Positions 59,305 through 64,000 of a stretch of DNA of 64,000 nucleotides are shown in pieces; position 1 is the stretch's first letter; each line of letters begins with the position of its first letter. The DNA comes from the human T2T-CHM13v2.0 reference genome, Homo sapiens. The DNA lies in assembly GCF_009914755.1 (NCBI RefSeq), contig NC_060936.1; one strand, 5' to 3'. The position numbers were made by a program, and so were the translations under genes. The notes below the pieces were generated by a model, which worked only from the letters and a program-made list of their open reading frames with translations, was not told where the DNA came from and did not search any database.

Positions 59305-59545
59305 TCATTCACATTTTCTGAGTTTTTACTGTGTGCCAAGCACTGTTCTAAGTTCCTTGTGTACGTTGTCTCATTTCATTCCCACAGCAGCCCTGTGATA
59401 TAAGAACTCTTATCCTCATTCTACAGATTAGGAAACTGAGGTTTTGTAACTTACCACAGTCACCTGGCTGGTAGGGGACAGAGCTGGCGTTCGAGTACAA
59501 CTGACGGACTCGAGAGCTCAGACCCTAACCAGTAAGCCCTGCTGC
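59305..59545 (-). mobile_element. MIR in the intron between exons 7 and 8
   Basis: actgtgtgccaagcactgttctaag...ctcattctacagattaggaaactgagg. Confidence 0.75.
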
Positions 59546-59915
59546 CTTCTTTACTTATGTCCGTACAATCCACTTGAATCATCTTCTGCCTCTGCAAAAG
59601 AGTCATTAAGAATTCCACGAGTGAGATTTCAGCATCGGAGCTCCATCGCAGGAACCGCCCCATTCTTACCACAGTCCTTCCTGCAGCTGCCATCTTCCCA
59701 GTTGTAGCCAGGCCAAGCAGCTGCATTCTGCTATTGCAGCTTATGTAACAGCTCCATATTTACAAGTGAAGTTTTGATGTGCCTATTAAAAGTAAATATG
59801 TAATTGGAACCTTGAGAGGATTGGTGTGATTCATGCATCATTTAAATAACAGAGCCGTGCTTCTGGAGGTGGGTTGATGGTGCCCTGTTGTAACTGGTTT
59901 CTCATTCTCCATCAG

Positions 59916-60017
59916 GTGTGCCAGGTCAGTGCCCAGCAGCCAGTCCAGGCAGAGCTCATGCTCAGGTACCAACAGTTGCAGTCCCGCCTTGCCACGCTCA
60001 AAATCGAGAATGAAGAG
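59916..60017 (+). CDS. SRGAP1: SRGAP1 coding exon (probably exon 8), 102 nt, VCQVSAQQPVQAELMLRYQQLQSRLATLKIENEE (F-BAR extension coiled coil)
   Basis: ttctccatcAG acceptor and GAG|GTGAGC donor. Lies inside ORF 59874..60218. Confidence 0.96.
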
Positions 60018-60383
60018 GTGAGCATGCGTTCGTCCTGCCACACCAGTAATCTGAATTCAAATATAACTGGAAGACATTCTCACATGACTTGGGCATATTT
60101 AATATTCAAGATTCAACCTCTTCATCACGTATTTCCTGCTCTCAGGGTTCCTGTAGTACTCTTTGTAGGGGATAAATGCAAAGATTCTGTATTCTGCCAT
60201 AGATTAATATTTTACTAGACACTCAACTGCATATACATGTAAACACAATTTTTTTTACCTTAAATTGTAATTTATACTGAAAATAGTTCCCGTGGGTTAT
60301 CAAATTCAACATATATATCCAAAAATATACAATCTTTTGTACAGTGGAACTTTTGACTAACATGTTAACTTATTTTAAAAAAT

Positions 60384-60509
60384 ATTTTGTAGAGATGGGG
60401 CCTTGCTATGTTGCCCAGACTGGACTCAAACTGCCGGCTTCAAGCAGTCCTCCTGCCTTGGCCTCCCAAAGTGCTGGGATTACAGGCATGAGCCATTATG
60501 GTGCCTGGC
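60384..60509 (-). mobile_element. FLAM / Alu left monomer
   Basis: Single antisense arm. Confidence 0.8.
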
Positions 60510-61754
60510 CCACAGTGTGCCATGTTAATTTAATCCTAACTTTTAAAATTCACTTCTTTTTTTCCTTATGCTTTCCTATATTCTCTAAATTTTTGGTACT
60601 GAACATGGCATTACTGATATAATTAGAACAAAATCATATTTTCAAATGGTACTTGAATGAGGATAGAAAATGTTTATTTGCCAGCATTACTGTATTTAAA
60701 TGAATAGAATATAAAATATGATTTATCAATATATGTTGAGCTAGGAAGCAATTATACAATTCAGCTGCCTATTTCTGAAATTAACTTACTTGAATTCACG
60801 TTCTCCTAAAATAAAGATACAAACCACAAATGTTCTTGCATTAGTCAAGGCTCCCAATTGTAATTTACAGGAACACAAGTTAAAAAGTTAACTATTGGTC
60901 AGTGTTTGCAGTATCCTCAGACATCACTGGATTTGTGTTCAAATGATGTTATCAGGACTCTCTCTTTATCACTTTGAAGTGATTTCTTCATGTGTGTTGG
61001 TAGTGTTTTCAGGATAGACGCAGAACTATGTGGTCCCTTTTAAAGCTTTCCATCCCACTCCATCCTAGCATTCTTGTCTCTGAAGTAGGACTGACTCTTC
61101 ACTGACCTGGCTGAAGTCATGCATACTTCTGGACAAACCATTACATCTAGGAAATGAGATTCTGTCATTGGCCAACCTGGAGAATGTGCAGCTCATAGAA
61201 CTCTTTGATTGAGAATTCCAACAGAAATAGTGTATTTCTAGAGACAGACAATTCCCAAAAGAAAGGACTGTGGGACAGAAGCAAAAAAATAACTTACAGT
61301 GATAAAGTGAATTATCAAAATTCACTTTCATACCCTGTTTTGTTTTAATCCCACCAAGATGTTTGAGCTCTGTGTATTTGTTTCTGTTAAGAAAGAATGA
61401 TGTGTTTTTAGACCAGTATAATTTGGTCAAAACCCATTGTAATTTTTGGCTTCTATTATTCCGAGTAGAAACAAACTAGCCCTTATTCAAATGTGTATAT
61501 TTAAGATGCAACCAATGTCATCTCTATGTAGGGTCCCACAGATGAGCCTTTCCAAAGGAAAGCTATTGCTCACCTTGAGGCAGCGTTTGAGAGCCTAGGT
61601 TTTGTCTAGGCTTCACAAAATACCTAATGCAGTTTACTGGATCCTATTCTATCTACAGTTTGTATGTCTAGTGACTTCCCTTGTTTTTCCCTGCATATCC
61701 TCCTGCTGTTTTATTTGGATAACATTCTCTAAACTCAAGGAAAATAGTGTATTA

Positions 61755-61992
61755 TACACAAAGTCAAAACTGGCAGCTCACAGATCTGTTTTGTTTGGCT
61801 CCCAAAGTTTTGACCTGTTTTTTTTTAAAAGAAAAAAAAAGGTCTGGCCACTCTGGCCCTGCACTGCCTCATGAATTGAAGAGCTGGGGCATTTGAATCC
61901 TACTTTGCCAGTCATTCAACTCCCAGTTCTCTTACACTGGACTGTTTGTGTTACCTGTCTGGCCTCCGCAGGCCTTTGAGTTTGTGATCCTT
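61755..61992. mobile_element. MER102-like hAT fragment
   Basis: caaaactggcagctcacag...tgttttgtttggc...acctgtctggcctccgcaggcctttgagtttgtga. Confidence 0.45.
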
Positions 61993-62094
61993 AATGTATG
62001 CCTTTTTAGGCATAATGTGGAGAAGCACAGTGTCCTTATAAACTTAGAGAGTCAGGCAGTGCTTTGTGAGGGTTAATTTTTAAAAATTATCTAA

Positions 62095-62212
62095 AGAACT
62101 TGGGAAGCTGAGGGAGGATCTGTTGAGCCTAGGAGTTCGAGACTGCACTGAGGTGAGATGGTGCCACTGCACTTTAGCCTGGGTGACAGAGCAGGACCCT
62201 GTCTCTTAAAAA
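62095..62212 (+). mobile_element. Alu right-arm fragment (a second fragment lies at about 62640-62729)
   Basis: gccactgcactttagcctgggtgacagag. Confidence 0.7.
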
Positions 62213-62825
62213 TATTAATTAATTAAAATAAATTTTTAAAAACCTACTGACTGCAAAATAAAACTTAAAAAGTAATTTTTAAACATTAGCTGAAAAAGCA
62301 AATGAATTGGATTATCCTAATGTTTCTTGTGAGCATGACTACTGGTTTATGATTTGTTGAACACCGAAGAAAATTTACTGTAGTGGAGTGGGATTCCCAA
62401 AGAAAGTAAGATTTCAATTAGATTTTCGATAATCAGTAGATACCATAAAAATAGAGGGAAGAAAAGATACTTCAATATATGTCAAGGTGCTTTGGGAGAA
62501 TAGAACAGTTTGGTTATCACCCCAGTTCTCTTTGGGGATGAACTGATGGAGAAGGTGAGGTCATTCAACAAGAAGCTTTGAGAGCCAAGTTAAGGAGTTT
62601 TGTTACTGTGGTTCAGTACAATAAATACTGAAGGTCCCCTGGGGCTTGAGGCTGCATGGAGCTATGGTTGTGCCACTGCACTCTAGCCTGGGTAATGGAA
62701 TGGGACCCTGTCTCCCAAAAAAAAAAAAAGTTGAGAGAGAATTTCACCCAAGTTTTAAAAAGCATGGACAGTACAGCTAAGTAGAACATGAGCCTTTTCA
62801 CCAAATCTTAGAATACTTTAAATAG

Positions 62826-63093
62826 TCACTTTGGGAGATCAAGGCGGGCAGATTGCCTGAGCTCAAGAGTTCGAGACCAGCCTGGGCAACATGGTGAAAC
62901 CCCGTCTCTACTAAAATATGAAAAATTAGCTGGGCATGGCAGCATGTGCCTGTAGTCCCAGCTACTCAGGAGGCTGAGACAGGAGAATCACTTGAACCCG
63001 GGAGATTGCAGTGAACCGAGATCGTGCCGCTGCACTCCAGCCTGGGCAACAGAGCAAAACTCTGTCTCAAAAAAAAAAAAAAAAAAAAAAAAA
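62826..63093 (+). mobile_element. 5'-clipped AluS
   Basis: Alu body followed by an A-tail of about 25 nt. Confidence 0.9.
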
Positions 63094-63140
63094 TAGTAGG
63101 CACCACCTGCAACAGACCCTATCTGGCCCATGAAAAAAAA

Positions 63141-63430
63141 ATTTTTTTTGAGACAGGGTCTCACTCTGCCACCCAGGCTGGGGTGCAGAGGCACAATCAC
63201 AGCTCATTGCACCTTGACCTCACAGGCTCAGGTGATCCTCCCACCTCAGCCCCCTGAGTAGCTGGGACTACAGGCATGCGCCACCACGCCTGGCTGATTT
63301 TTGTATTTTTCATAGAAACTGGGTTTCACCACGTTGCCCAGGCTGGTCTCTAACTCCTGGGTTCAAGCGATCCGCCTGCCTTGGCCTCCCAAGATGCTGG
63401 GATTACAGGCGTGAGCCACCACTCCTGGCC
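63141..63430 (-). mobile_element. AluJ
   Basis: Antisense dimeric Alu. Confidence 0.9.
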
Positions 63431-63516
63431 TGAAAACTTTTGTTTGCTCTACAGTGCTTGGGTTTTGAAAGTTATTTGCTGTCCTTTAAACACTGTAAGT
63501 TTTCAAAAAAATATTA

Positions 63517-63852
<336 letters not shown>

Positions 63853-64000
63853 TTATTTATCAATATCCAGCCTCTTTAAAAATTAGAAGAACTGATCACA
63901 CTAGACCTGTGTTTCTACAGGACGGTAACTGACTTCCCTTAGACACAGAATGTGTGCTTCCTGTTTGCCATGTTCTCCACTCAGCCCACTCACCTCATTT

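Overview
This is primate (human or great ape) genomic DNA, about 99% intronic, from inside the SRGAP1 gene (SLIT-ROBO Rho GAP 1) on the + strand. Five coding exons of the F-BAR/F-BARx region are present with canonical AG/GT boundaries: 11623-11685, 37574-37756, 38231-38359, 57715-57936 and 59916-60017, probably exons 4-8. They splice into one stop-free 699-nt/233-aa frame, and every junction is phase 0. The rest is a dense retroelement landscape: about 30 Alus, L1PA/L1MA/L1MB pieces, THE1/MST/MLT/MER61 LTRs, MIR/L2, and hAT and mariner/Tigger MITEs. Nearly all other ORFs in the supplied track are repeat-derived noise. I see no evidence of a new multi-gene system. The most unusual observations are: (1) an old L1 ending about 16 nt upstream of the exon-7 acceptor, which apparently supplies the branch point and leaves a decoy acceptor 1.4 kb upstream; (2) an unidentified 284-bp polyadenylated retrocopy with a 16-bp TSD; (3) a young twin-primed L1PA with an inversion and a large deletion, creating a sense 240-aa RT-fragment ORF; (4) an Alu carrying about 38 bp of foreign 5' sequence inside its TSDs; (5) all-phase-0 exons plus inverted Alus, which would give stop-less circRNAs. 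Gene identity, exon numbers and repeat subfamily names come from recalled sequences, not database searches. Repeat boundaries are approximate unless TSDs are quoted.
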